Shown: positions 24,626-37,732, numbered from the whole stretch's first letter. The stretch is DNA of 61,232 bases, filler included, from Squatina squatina (GCA_031763465.1; 4 parts of 3 records of this genome joined end to end with filler, not necessarily neighbours in it); one strand, 5' to 3'. Notes: generated by a model not told the origin, from the sequence alone. Numbers and translations: made by a program.

Positions 24626-26396
24626 GAAAACTGTCAAACCCATTCGCTGTCTCTTTTCTAGCCATTGTTTCATCTGCCTTCCAAGCTCACTTACTAATGT
24701 TCTGCTTTCCATTTCCAGCTTTGCTTCTCTCCCTTCAGAATCTACGCTCAGATGCCCATTGCCTTGCCAAGCTCGTTTAAACCTTCCCCAACAGCACTGG
24801 CAAGAGAAAACATCACCTGGAAATGCCCTCCACAGAACAACACAGGGAAAGGGAATACAGCAGCCAGAGTTCAGAGCCTTCTCTGTTCATCTTCCCCAGC
24901 ACAATTTTGGAACCTCTGACATTATATTTCAGAGCTCCACCCCAGTAACACCATCAATGGGAATGGTGAGCAGTCACCAATCCTTTGTCAGTGGACTGTT
25001 ACATTAGGGGTTTTGTGCAAAATGTTTGCTTCCCAACTACTTGAGACCAGCAGTTTTATTGTGCAAAATAAAACCACACAGAATGACTGAAAGGTGCGCA
25101 GGGTGCTTGTATTTAAGATTATGCAACAAGTTAATAGCAAGCACTTACTGTTTAAATCACAGCCACTGAAGCATACCCCCAAAATATTATTGAATACTTA
25201 CTGATCCTTTCCTGTGAGCATGCAGAGAAAACCTTCATCAGAAAATGAAATTCCAAGCTGAAACTAATTATAACGAGTTTAGAAACAGCAGAGTCCAGAA
25301 GATTTGTCATTTCTGTCTGACAATTTCATGTTTCCAATTATTTCAATGAAATGGTCTGCAGCTCAGTTTATAAAATTGAAAGCAGGTATGGAACAAATGA
25401 GTTTGAAATCAAAAATCATTACATTTGAGTTCACTTAACTTACCACTTTGTGTGAATACTTAATAAACCAAAACAATACCAGGACTTGAAAGACGTTGTA
25501 CTTCTTCAGTACTGTTTTAATATCAAATAACCTCTTCCTTACATGCTGATGTTGTAATTGCTATTGACAGAAACTGGAGCAATTCTTTAATATTAATAAA
25601 TTATAATTATTGAGAGCTGCATGACCTCTCATTGCACTCTATGTCCAGGCAGTGCTAGGAAAATTGGGATAATAACAACTTATTAGGGAAAACTGGAACA
25701 TCCCTCTTAGCAGTTCTCTACACTGNNNNNNNNNNNNNNNNNNNNNNNNNNNNNNNNNNNNNNNNNNNNNNNNNNNNNNNNNNNNNNNNNNNNNNNNNNN
25801 NNNNNNNNNNNNNNNNNNNNNNNNNACTTACTGCCACTTGATCTGAATTGGTATTGAGTTTGCAATGAGTCATACCAACTATTAAAGATTTTAGAGCAGG
25901 TTTTCAAACAAATTATTCAATTTTTATCTTTAGATCCTATTTTCTCTTTTTTTTAAATTCAGACGCAGATAAGAATTTGTATTACTCAGGTAATTAAATC
26001 ATTTTCACTTGCTGAGTTTAGTTTAAAAAGTGGGTTATTGTTGTTTATTTTGAAACAAATAATTATTCCCCTCTCCTCCATCTGACGCCAGCTGTCCCCA
26101 CCAGAAAGTTTTTGATGTGGAGCAGATTATGATTAAAATTTCCCTCAAGCTGATCTTGATGCCTGAATGCACTTCAGCTTTCTGTTTCTGTTTAGTACTG
26201 TAACTGCTTGGCTGGGTTTTTAAAAAGGGAAGCAGGAAGTCTACCATTAAAGCCCAGAGTTATAGTGTTCCGAGGGGATTTTGTCCACAAGTACAAATTC
26301 TACCTAGTTTTATGCACAAAATAAATTCTTGTAATCTAAAAATGTATTATGTTGAAATGGTAATTCTTCCCCTTTAAATAATTTGATGAACAGTAC

Positions 26397-26514
26397 CCTG
26401 GTATTTTCAGTACTGTCTCCTGCCTGGAATGAAACGATCTTTTGTTGTAATTTGTTGTATTTCCTCCTAACCCTCTCCTTAAGTCTTCCCTGTATGAGAC
26501 GTGCAATTCCCCAG
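26397..26514 (-). CDS. Candidate 118-nt exon of an unidentified gene
   Basis: Acceptor CCTCTCCCTTTCAG, donor AGG|GTACTG (weak). Open frame WGIARLIQGRLKERVRRKYNKLQQKIVSFQAGDSTENTR looks helical and basic. Confidence 0.4.
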
Positions 26515-26894
26515 CTGAAAGGGAGAGGATGTCCTGGCCACTGCAGACAACAAGGCTGAGATCAGCAACTGTCAATGCAGGAAATCATAGCTTGATACTA
26601 GGAACTGTCTATGCAGGAAATCATAGCTTGACACTACAACGTACAAGACCGCTGCAGAGTCCCGTTGCTGCTATTATGCATGTTCTTTATTGCAGTGTAC
26701 ACATGGATTCTGTTGATCACCTCTTTGTTAAAAACGCTCTGCTTTTAGCCCTATTGGAATGACTCACTTTACCATAAGTGATAGTTGGTCACCTNNNNNN
26801 NNNNNNNNNNNNNNNNNNNNNNNNNNNNNNNNNNNNNNNNNNNNNNNNNNNNNNNNNNNNNNNNNNNNNNNNNNNNNNNNNNNNNNNNNNNNNN

Positions 26895-27619
26895 GGGGAG
26901 ACATTGCATTGCACCCCATTTTGGGCAATACCTTCTGCAGTAACATAAAAGTATCAAGTGCTACTCGAGGGACTCCGACACAAACTTCCGTTTAGCACTC
27001 CAGGAAGGAAGTGGAGCACTAAATCAAGTGCTACCACTTCCCTTGCAGCACTAAAGCCAGCAAGAGGTGCAGCGCTTTCCAATGTCAAGGGCAGCACTGC
27101 CAGGAACGGAGGCTCCTTCCCTCTCTTAAAGGGAAGGGCTGTCGCTGCAGGCTCTGCATGGAAAGGAGGTCCCTCAACACTGATGGCAGCCGTGATCCGT
27201 GACGCTCAGCCCCAAGTACTGTAGTACAGGGCTGATGGATCGCAGCCAAAGAAAATGCTGAAAAATTGAAATAAGGGATTCAGAAACATTTTTCATTGAT
27301 GCAACCATCATCAACTTTAAATACCGTTGCCCAAGCGGCCTGCCTCCTGAACAAATCTGCCTGCAGCTGTCGGTATTGTCGTCCAGTGATGCTATAGGGG
27401 GTGGAACAGAAGTTTGGGTCCTAGGCGCTTCCAGGGCAATGCGCTGCACGATGGTGTCACAATCTCCAGGCGCAGGAGATCGTGGTGCTAGAGGTTACTG
27501 CCACCACAAACCTCCAGGTGTTGGTACTCTCACTGCGCCTGGGCGCAGAGCTGATAGCGTCCCATTATCGCTCCCCACAACACTAATGGGGGACGCAAAC
27601 GTGGCTAATTTCTAGCCCC
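26895..27619. mobile_element. Harbinger-like non-autonomous DNA element
   Basis: GC-rich island with imperfect inverted ends: GGGGAGACATTGCATTGCACCCCATT on the left, reverse complement GGGGCTAGAAATTAGCCACGTTTGCGTCCCCATT on the right. Confidence 0.5.
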
Positions 27620-28974
27620 ATGTGTATTATTTCAGAGATCCACTAGAATTTTGAGATGTTATTTGGAAACAAGAACTGTGAGTTAAGTAAAGTTCTGAAA
27701 TCTAGTAAAATATGCTGCGTTTGCTCTTGCTTCTGTTTATTTTGACTTTTGAATAAAGTAGTTTTGTAGTTGCAGCCTGAGATATACGGTCTGTTCGAGT
27801 GTTATTAGTCCATCAATCAGCATGATTCAGAGCATATGTGAACACCATGACTATAAAACCTCTCAGAATATTTGGCTGTGATCCAGGAGCTCAAAGGATA
27901 TTAATTTTAATATTAGACCTCAGAAGATATCAGGCTATGATGGAAGACCTCACAGGTGACCAGCTGTGACTTGGAACCACACAGGATATCCAGCTAGGAA
28001 TCATCAGTTATTTTTGATGGTAAAACACAGAGGAGCTCGCATCCTCCATAGCATTTTTGGTTCCACACTGTCTGTATTTATGCTCTGAATATTTTTATGG
28101 AATATATAAACGTGGCATAAGTCTCCCTTCACAGCTGTTTAATGTTAGTGAAAAATACTCCGTATTAAAAATAACTAAAGTCATACAAAACATATGTCCT
28201 AAACATAAGAAACATTCGACTCAATTAAAAATTGTTTCAAAGAGTTACTGCACAGTGGACCCTCATTTATTGCTTCATTTAGTCCCAGGCCTAGATTCTA
28301 TCCATACTCTCAGACTGACTTACAAAGCAGCAACACTAATATTTTCTGCCTCATACTACTGCTGGCAAGTATTCCATCCGTTGAATGTGAATTGGCACCA
28401 GTTCAGTCATTGTGACATCTGTATATCGCTTTGCTAAAAATCTACAATCCATTACAATGAGATTAGGCAAAACCTTTTGCAGTTTAGTGAAAATGAATAG
28501 CTTGGTGTACGATCCAGGGCTGGCAAACAGAATTTTGAATGATGACACTAACAGCACATGCAAGTAAATTTTTATCCCGTTTTGACTCCGCATGTCTTTA
28601 TTGTGTTAAGTACATGCACTCTTGGTGTATGGCAAAAGCTGGCACAAATGCGGATTTTAAAAATCCAAACCATTAACTGTTAACTAAACCTTCTTCTCCA
28701 CTCGCAAGTGGTTGCATTGGGATGTTAGTTAAGTGTATTTTATTCGATTTACTTAAACATGAACATTTCTGTAACTAATACCAAATACTGTTAGTTGTAG
28801 TTTGTTAGAAATAACCTCAGACACTGGGTGAAGTATTATTGAGATTTTTTCTGTTTGCACTTGTTTCTCTTTTCTCCCGACCCTTTCATGCTCAAGGTTT
28901 GTCTGTCCGATGTATCTCCCCAAGTCCAACCTCACGTCTCACATTTCTTGAGCCACTAGCTTGGGAAGAGTAGC

Positions 28975-29434
28975 TGAGGTGGATTCCCGTCGTGGTTTTC
29001 ATCTTTCATCTACAACCAAGGTTAAAGAGCCCCACCTAAGGTGTGGGGGAGTGCCTGCAACCATTGAAGGCAAGTCGCCCCCACTGGATGCCAATCCAGT
29101 TTTCAGAGCCAGTGCTCTAGTTTCTGCTCACCAGAGTTGCCTGTACTGATGCCCAAACCCAGCCGTCCTGACCCAGCGGTGGGAATACTGCCACTCGGAT
29201 GCAAGTACCCCACCAGATCTCTAAATACTCTAGTGCGGAAGCTGGCCAATTTCTCATCCTTCCACTATTGGCGGGCGGAAGCAGGGCATCCATTTGGTAC
29301 CCACAGCTCGCCAACAGCATGTAAATGTGACACAAATCCAAATATGGTTCGGGTTGCCCGATGCCAGCTTTGGGCGGAGGCAGGGTCACTCTACCAGCCG
29401 TGCCTGTTTTGGGTGGACGTGAAATTTCTCACCC
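28975..29434. mobile_element. Harbinger-like non-autonomous element fragment
   Basis: GC-rich island ending GTGAAATTTCTCACCC (reverse complement GGGTGAGAAATTTCAC). Left end unclear. Confidence 0.4.
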
Positions 29435-29663
29435 TATCTCTTCGATTTGATAGCACTGATATGCTTGGCTCTTATAATTAGAAGGTATGCCAGCTGCTCC
29501 TGGGCTGCTACTCTCAGTATTACCATTCCTAATAATAGCTTCAGCCTGCCTGATAATAGAATAGTAAACACTCGACTGTCTGGCTGCAAGCTGATAAACA
29601 TAATTGATTGGTGCATCCAAAATGCAATAGCATTAGCTCCCATTGAGCATGGAATAGTTTTCT

Positions 29664-29933
29664 CAGAGTGTCTGTTGACACCACTGTGTCAGCCAATGAG
29701 GTGGAGCGGGTCTCGCGGCAGGACTCGCAGCAAACCGTCTATTTACTTAGCAAACAGCAAAGCAAACAAAGAGTCTTATTAAAAAGAGTCTGTCGCAAAC
29801 AGCGAATTCACAACCGAGACTGCGGCAACCTCTCCCGATAAAAGCAGGGTGATTTCTCCAGCACAATGCAGTGAGTGGAGGATAGTATATAATACAAATT
29901 ATGTGCGGAAAATCAATCCCAGTCCCTTACAGC
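29664..29933. mobile_element. Second copy of the unclassified repeat at 1325-1588 (opposite orientation)
   Basis: CAGAGTGTCTGTTGACACCACTGTGTCAGCCAAT...TATATAATACAAATTATGTGC...CTTACAGC aligns to the reverse complement of 1588-1325. Confidence 0.75.
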
Positions 29934-29949
29934 TTGGTCAAAGAGGTAG

Positions 29950-30049
29950 NNNNNNNNNNNNNNNNNNNNNNNNNNNNNNNNNNNNNNNNNNNNTTAATTA
30001 ATTAANNNNNNNNNNNNNNNNNNNNNNNNNNNNNNNNNNNNNNNNNNNN
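29950..30049. other. Artificial scaffold-joining spacer
   Basis: TTAATTAATTAA at 29994-30005 within N run. Confidence 0.95.
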
Positions 30050-31170
30050 TACAGGCTACCAACAAAAACCCCAGAGGAATAAGGAACCAAATGAGAGCAG
30101 GTGCAGAGAAGGAAGCCAAAAAAAAATTATTCATAAATTCATAGCATTCATGATCAATGAATACCCTGGACATGAGTGAATGGAAACACTGCGAGAGGAC
30201 ATGGCAATCAAAAACCCAGGGTCAAACAAGTTGCCTCAAGCCCACCTGCCCACTTGCATTGCTCGGAGTGCAAACAGCCAGATCTGGCGATATATGCCTC
30301 CCACAAGCACTACACAGTGAATTAAGCATTATTAGCAGTCACTATGGGAAATAAAAATTAAGCAGAATTTATTACAAAACCTTTAATGTTTCTCAGAGAG
30401 GTTTTATGTCAATGTCACACGTGGTCATTTCATTTTTACTGTGGGACTCCAAAACAATGAATTATCATTAAATATTTGTTACACTCTTGCATTCATAATA
30501 ACTCTACTAACCGATCATATCTTCCAATCCAGGACTGTTCCAAATTCTTAAATTTATCCTGTTTGAAGTCATTTTCCCACTGTAATACATTCACTTCCTG
30601 TAAAAAGGGCAACAAACTATTACATACTTATTTTCCAGTGCCAACCCAAGGTGCATTGTGCAAGGTTTTCTGAAACCTCTGCACCCTCTTTCAATAATCC
30701 TGCCTTGTAACCAGTCATAGAAGCCAACGGTTATGGCCAAGTAGATGGCCCGTGCTGTCTTACCTTCCCAGCTAGAGGCACACAAGCATTTATAATCGAC
30801 GTTAGGAAAGATCAGGGAAAATTAAAAAAAAGATTTCATAGCCGAAGAACAGTAGGTCCCTATTGTCCCATTATAATAGCTTAAAGACGCTCTGGCCAAG
30901 TTCAGCTATCTTTGCGCAATGAGGGATTATGTGTAGGGCTAGTGTCAATCCATGCAGTGAATTTACATTACAGTTGTCCAATTGACCCCTGAGGTTCAGG
31001 TCTCAATCAATTGACTGCACCCAGTGTAAATCACTTAATCTACCTTGTTGCAGTAACAGTGGAGACCCATNNNNNNNNNNNNNNNNNNNNNNNNNNNNNN
31101 NNNNNNNNNNNNNNNNNNNNNNNNNNNNNNNNNNNNNNNNNNNNNNNNNNNNNNNNNNNNNNNNNNNNNN

Positions 31171-31445
31171 CAATCACCTTTAATTTGTGCCCTCTGGTTA
31201 TCAACCCTTCAGCCACTGGAAACAGCTTCTCTTTGTTTACTCTATGTAAACCCTTCAAATGATTTTAAACACCTCTATCTAATCTCTTCTCCTTGGAGCG
31301 GAGAAGGCCAACTCCAGCTTTTCCAATCTATCCATGTAATTGCAATCCCTCATCCCGAGAACCATTCTAGTAAATCTCTCCAAAGCCTTCATGTCCTTCT
31401 TAACATGCAGTGCCCAGAATTGGACACAATACTCCAGCTGGAGCC
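31171..31445 (-). mobile_element. CR1-like LINE ORF2 C-terminal fragment
   Basis: KGLHRVNKEKLFPVAEGLITRGHKLKV and LEYCVQFWA-type sequence. Confidence 0.88.
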
Positions 31446-32629
31446 AATCTTACCGATGGTAAGTTATCAGTTATGGGTGCAGTAGGACTATACAGTCACT
31501 CAGGCTTTCCCCTCCACGAGTCCTGGCTAATCAGTGGAAGCCCATAATCATTGGAGAATGGCATTTGTCTAAAATTAGTAAAATTAACATGCAGCTCACC
31601 ATGCTCTGTAGTATTTTTAATGCTTCATATTTTCCCTCAAGTTGCTGTTGCGTTACTTCAAGCTCACATCGTAGAAGCTCTGCTTCCTGTACAATAAAAA
31701 CCTTTAGTCACAAAACTAGTGGTTAAAATAAATCAAAATTACATTTGAAATTAAGCTATCAAAAGCTGGACTGGTGTTTCGGTAACAATTCTTAGAATGA
31801 TCTATATAAAATCAGTGTACATTCAATCATTGTGGTAAGTTTTATGCACCACTATTCATGTTACAATAGGATACATACACAATGCTATGCTGGGATGTAG
31901 AGGAACTTTAAAAAGCATAGATAATTTTAGATCAGATTTTCATTGAACACCAAACTTAGGACACTTCTAAGCGAGGACTTAGCATCCACAGTTGATTTCT
32001 GTAACATCTTTTTAAATNNNNNNNNNNNNNNNNNNNNNNNNNNNNNNNNNNNNNNNNNNNNNNNNNNNNNNNNNNNNNNNNNNNNNNNNNNNNNNNNNNN
32101 NNNNNNNNNNNNNNNNNCCCTCAGGCTGTTTGGCTTAAAGCAATTAACACAGCACAGAACATGGGGATTAAACCAAGGACCATCCTGGTCTGAAATAAAA
32201 ACAGAATTACTGGGATTGCACAGAAAGTCAATCTGCCTCTGAATGAGAAAGACAGGTTCACTTATGGTCATACTGCTGATGCATTTATACCAGCTATTGG
32301 GAAACTTATATAATCTTTCAAGCTCCATAACCACATAGAACTATCTTTTATTTCATTTAAATATTGATTGAAGTTTGTAGAGATGCAATTTAAAAAATGA
32401 ATCCCATTGTGTTTAGAGATCAATTGATCATGTCTGGTCAAGCCAAATAGAACAAAATTAATTTTTGCATGAAGTACCTCAATGACAGAATCAATTCAGA
32501 AATGTTTAAGTACTGAAGCATGACCAAAGGACTGTGCACTGATATTAATAAAAGATGCTATCCAGTAGGATTACCACAAAGCAAAACTGTGGACACTAAC
32601 TGAGAAAAAGTTATGCAATAAACTTTTTT

Positions 32630-32920
32630 CTGCTCATTTATGGAATGTGGCAAGGCCAGCATTGATTGCCCATCACGACGTTCCCCTGAGAAGGTGGTGG
32701 TGAATTGCTGCTGTCCGTGTGCTGTTAGGGAGGGAGTTCCAGGATTTTCACCCAGTGACAATGAAGGAACGATGATATGTTTCCAAGTCAGGATATTGTG
32801 TAACTTGGAGGGGAACTTGCAGGTAATGGTGTTCCCATGCGCCTGCTGCCCTTGTCCTTCTAGGCGGTAGAGGTTGCGGGTTTGGGAGGTGCTGTCGAAG
32901 AAACCTTGGCGAGTTGCTGA
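32630..32920 (-). mobile_element. LINE-derived 3' end fragment common in elasmobranchs
   Basis: GGCAAGGCCAGCATTGATTGCCCATC...CCTGAGAAGGTGGTGGTGA; a related tail lies at 12030-12090 in the opposite orientation. Confidence 0.6.
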
Positions 32921-33055
32921 TCCTATAGATCCTACCTATCCTGCAGATGTATAAAAGTATTAACAAGGAAGATGGTTTTTGTTGGATTCAATTTACAGAT
33001 TGATTTTTACTTATTTGTAAATATTTGTCTTTAAAATATCTGGATATTTAAACAT

Positions 33056-33706
33056 GGGTAGATTTTAACTTGGGTTGCCCTGTGTAAATGGAACGGTAAT
33101 GGCCCTAAAATGGCTGGCTGCCCTGTTTACCCCGGCGGTCCAAGGGCTGTCATCTTCAAAGGGGCCTTCCACTGGGTGGCTGGAGCGCCTGCCTGGTTTA
33201 GCTAATTAGCCCTTTTAACTGAGGTTGGTAGATTTTTGTTGGACAAGGGCATTAAGGGTTATGGAACCAAGGTGGGTAGATGGCATTAAAATACAGTTAA
33301 GATATAGGCTAGCCACGACCTAATCGACTGATGGAACAGGCTCGAGGAGCTGAATCACCCGCTCCTGTTCCTATGTTCCTAAAGCGGTGTCCCAATTGCA
33401 ATTTTGACAGTGACCTGGTGGGATGTATACTGGGCGGTGAAGCAGAAGAGGCACCAAAAAGGTGCATTTAAAATTATTTCTGTGGATCTTGCAGGAGCAG
33501 GACTGCTACCCCAGGATTTCCCACCCTGGACCTACTTTCCTGTCAGTCGCTTGGCCTCTGGACTGCCCGATATTGTGCCATCCCTAAGCCGGCAAGCTGT
33601 AGCGGGGTGCCCGTTTGGCATAGTAATAAAACCCTCCCACTGACAGCATTGGGCAGTCAGTCAATGCGCTCTGACACTCAGCTGCCAGAGAGTTAAAATC
33701 TGCCCC
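33056..33706. mobile_element. TIR DNA element (Harbinger-like, non-autonomous) with nested CR1 3' fragment at ~33216-33380
   Basis: Left GGGTAGATTTTAACT at 33056; right AGTTAAAATCTGCCCC at 33691-33706. The internal CR1 tail ends CTCCTGTTCCTATGTTCCTA. Confidence 0.7.
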
Positions 33707-33947
33707 AATCTGTTTCAGTGCTCTTGATTGAGGGATAAATATTGGCTGGGATACCAGGGTAAACTTCTTCAAAATAGTGCCATAGGATCTTTCATGTCCA
33801 ACTGAGAGGGTCTCATCCGAAAGACAGCGCGGCACTCCCTCAGTACTGAACTGGAGCGTCAGCCTAGATTTCTGTGTTTAAGTCCCTGGAGCCACAACCT
33901 TCTGACCCACGAGGAGAGAGCGCTACCCACTGAACCACAGCTGACAC
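33707..33947 (-). mobile_element. DeuSINE (SacSINE1-like) fragment
   Basis: TTCTTCAAAATAGTGCCATAGGATC...TCTCATCCGAAAGACAGC...CTCCCTCAGTACTG...CACTGAACCACAGCTGACAC. Confidence 0.82.
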
Positions 33948-34406
33948 CATTACGTTGACTCCGCCATGCAAGCAAGTTCCAAGTCACAAGCAATCCTGGG
34001 CCTTCAACTCAGTTGCCCATATTTGCTCATTTAAAAAAAAATTATAACATTTACTCAAACTATTTAGTTCCTTTAGAATAGATACTATAATTCAATTTGC
34101 AAGTGAAAACTTGTGATATTTCTCACATCCTTTACCATCTTCAGGCAGTGTTCACATATACATACATCATAGTTTAATGGCAAAATATTTTCAATGATCA
34201 CCATTGAATTTTGTTCCTAAATATTTCAGAAATAATTAAATCTTTGTATAGCCTAAAGTTCTTTGTGTCCTTCACTGCTTAAAATACCAGTGATTTTTCA
34301 CAAATATTAAGAGGCTGAATGAAAACCAGCTATCTCGTCAGATTACAGTTGCCATTTATGCACAAGGCTTTCTTCTAAGCACAAGGCCATCCATAATTGC
34401 CAGCAT

Positions 34407-34631
<225 letters not shown>

Positions 34632-34747
34632 TCATTTAACTAAAAAGGTTTTTCTGACCACTGAAAGTTTGCTATAGGCAATGAGAAAAAAAAAACGACA
34701 CCTTTGAATAAAACTTGTAGAATCGTGCACATATTTTGATTCAGTAC

Positions 34748-34891
34748 TGGAATGATGTAACTAGTAGAATAGGTAAAGGAGAACCATGAATGTGGTGTAT
34801 TTGGACTTTCAGAAGGCTTTCAACAAGGTCCCACATAAGAGATTAGCATACAAAGTTAAAGCACCTGGGATTGGGGGTAAGGTACTGACAT
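34748..34891 (+). mobile_element. CR1-like LINE RT fragment
   Basis: NVVYLDFQKAFNKVPHKRL. Confidence 0.9.
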
Positions 34892-35489
34892 NNNNNNNNN
34901 NNNNNNNNNNNNNNNNNNNNNNNNNNNNNNNNNNNNNNNNNNNNNNNNNNNNNNNNNNNNNNNNNNNNNNNNNNNNNNNNNNNNNNNNNNNAAGAACCTA
35001 AGAATCAGGAGCAGGAGTAGGCCATTATTTTACAATTGTCACTCGGAGAGTGTGGAGAGAGGTTAGGAGAGGTTTTGTGCAAAGTGTTGTTGGAAAAGGG
35101 GATGCTTTGCTACAGAGAGTGGTTGAGGCAGACACCATTGCATCTTTTAAGGGAAAATTGGTAATTATTTGAACAGAGGAAGATACAGGGCTATGGTGAG
35201 AGATGAGAGCAGAGAAGCAGAATTATTTTTGGAATGCTCGAGTAAAAGAGGCAGGCACAGACAGAATGGGCTGAGTGATCTCTGCTGTAAAGTTGTGTGG
35301 TTTTGTAAACATCAATTTTATCAATGATATTTGAGGGAAGAGGGCAATTGTGGCAGAATATATTAGAGCCAGGAGTGAGCCACATAATGGTGTCCATTCT
35401 GGCATCCATGTACAACTAATTACCCGAGCAAGAGTCTGGAAAGTATTCCATCGGTGCATCTGGGACTTGGCGCACAGGAGTAGGCCATA

Positions 35490-35917
35490 CAGCAATAAAT
35501 TGCATTTATATAGCGCCTTTAACGGAATAAAATGTCCCCCAAGGCGCTTCACAGCAGCATTGTCAAACAAAATTTGACAGCAAGCCACATAAGGTGATAT
35601 TAGGGTAGATTATCAAAAGCTTGGTCAAAGGTGCAGGTTTTAAGGAGCATCTTAAATGTGGAAAGGGAGATAGAGAGGCGGAGGTGTTTAGGGAGGCAAT
35701 TCCAGGGCTTAGGGCCTTGGCAGCTGAAAGCACGGCCACCAGTAGTGCAGCGATTAAAATCGGGGATGAGCAGAAGTCCAGAATTGGAGGAGCGCAGATA
35801 TTTTGGATGGTTATCGGGCTGGAGGAGGTTACAGAGATAGGGATGGGCGAGGCCATAGAGAGATTTGAAAACAAGGATGAGAGTTTTAAAATCGAGGCAT
35901 TGCTTAACCGGGAGTCA
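35490..35917 (-). mobile_element. L2-like LINE 3' end
   Basis: TTGCATTTATATAGCGCCTTTAAC tail (reverse complement). Upstream sequence resembles the L2 ORF2 C-terminal region. Confidence 0.75.
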
Positions 35918-36862
35918 NNNNNNNNNNNNNNNNNNNNNNNNNNNNNNNNNNNNNNNNNNNNNNNNNNNNNNNNNNNNNNNNNNNNNNNNNNNNNNNNNNN
36001 NNNNNNNNNNNNNNNNNTGAATTTCTGCTCAAACTCAATTTGCATACCAGTAATCTGCCATTAACCAGCGTTTAAAATAAAAATTCCTTTAAAAAATATT
36101 CCTTGATATATATTTAAGAGTGGTAACTTGGTAAAGTTTGATTAATACAGCTGAAAATGAGTTTATCGCAAATATATGCATTTTAAATCAGTGTCAATCC
36201 ACCACCTGTGAGTAACCCGATTTTAAATTACTGAAACTGACATTGAAAAAATATACAGAACTATTTTGTAGTTGGATTGGGGTACAGTAGTCTGTTCTTT
36301 AGTAAAATGGTTTCAAAAAATTCATTCAAATCCTTTCAAAATGTACCTGTTAGTGTTTTTGCGCCCAAAAGACCCAGCTTAATCTTTGGAGCCTCCTCAA
36401 TGGCTTTTAGTGAGCGCAATTGACAGTAACTCCCCATGGTGATTAATTCACTCTGGGTATGTGGTCAGTCTGTGAGCGAGGCATGCTTCTAGGGTGATGT
36501 TTTTAAAACTAGCGTAAAAGATCGTGGAAACTCGAGTTGCGCTGAACGGAATTTGCTTTTAAAATTCCGTAATCTTTTGTGCGGGTTATCGGGAATTGCG
36601 ACAGAAAAAAGCGCAATCAAGCGGAAATTCCAGGCAGAGCTTGCTAGCTGTTTTACCAATGAGTGGATAAAACTGAAGACCCACCCCAAGGTGCCAATTT
36701 ATGTTTTATGTAAATACAAAGTACTTAGTAACTACCAATAGAGGTAAATGACTTGAGGTAAAACTTGCCATTTTCTTTCCTTCCTGAAGCTGAACTTGAG
36801 AAGTGACTTTATTGTTGAAGGTGCAGAACATAGCCCGCTTATGACTATCGGCAGAGTTGATG

Positions 36863-36904
36863 ATGTCAAAATCTTCTCTCAGCAGAAAGGTTGTTTCTGC
36901 TAAG
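36863..36904 (+). CDS. RAD17: RAD17 first coding exon
   Basis: (M)MSKSSLSRKVVSAK|GTAAAT donor. Resembles human isoform MSKTFLRPKVSSTK and splices in frame to the exon at 38997. Confidence 0.8.
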
Positions 36905-37204
36905 GTAAATGTATTTTACAATCAGTATTTTGGGATTATAATTTGTGCATCATGTTACAGTACCGGGTTGAGAACATAGGCTGTTCTCTTGTCTCTCAGG
37001 GGAAGCTAGTTAAACACATGAGGGAGAAAGGAATACAAGGATATGCTGATAGGGTTAGATGAAGTAGGGTGGGAGGAGGATTGAGCAGAGTAGAAACACC
37101 AGCATGGACCAGTTGGATGGAATGCCCTGTTTCTGTGCTGTAGATTCTATACGCCCAGCTCAATCTTCCTCTCCAGTGACTTCAATGGAAAGTGAAAATT
37201 TGAT

Positions 37205-37450
37205 AGTTCAGTAGGTAAATGTACCACGTGATGCTGAGCCATAGAGAGCAGGAAGGCCTAGGTTCACTCACTGGTCTGAGTTATTCTCAGCTGAGACACT
37301 AGGCAGAGCCTTAACATCCCTGGGTTCAGCAGGGGGAAATTAGCCATCCTGTTTCTGACTGCCGTCAGTGACCTCTGCTGGAAAATGGTCTTGGGTTGAC
37401 ACTGGATGAGACAACATTGCACTCAGCTGTGATGCCTCATAGTTAGCACT
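37205..37450 (+). mobile_element. Second tRNA-derived SINE family, diverged copy
   Basis: tRNA-like head (TAGTTCAGTAGG...GGTTCACTCACTGGTCTG) and CAGCTGTGATGCC tail. Related reverse copies at ~32118-32200 and ~40500-40790. Confidence 0.55.
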
Positions 37451-37732
37451 CATTAGCAGGATGACACTGGGTTGTCCCAGTCATCATTCAAATTGAAAAT
37501 TAATCTAGCAGAATTGCTCCCATTTTAAAGAGGCAGAAACAATAAACACCCAAATCAAATAAAACAAAGGAAACTTATCAAATTAAATCATAATGTAGTT
37601 AATACTGTTGACAATGCACTCCAATCCCTCTGGTGCCCACTTTTTGCGGAAGACCTCAAGCATACTGGTGGAGAAGAAGGTTCAGCTCTCTTGTTCATTA
37701 TTCTTGCCTCGCACAGGCTGGTCATGATAACA

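Noticed and set aside
35621-36064. 147-aa and 160-aa ORFs
   Set aside because: Translations of an L2 LINE fragment plus gap.
36490-36640. AK6/RAD17 bidirectional CpG promoter
   Set aside because: The CpG patch ends in GCGGAAATTCCAGGC, resembling the MITE termini seen elsewhere, so it is more likely transposon-derived. The real promoter is probably in a gap.
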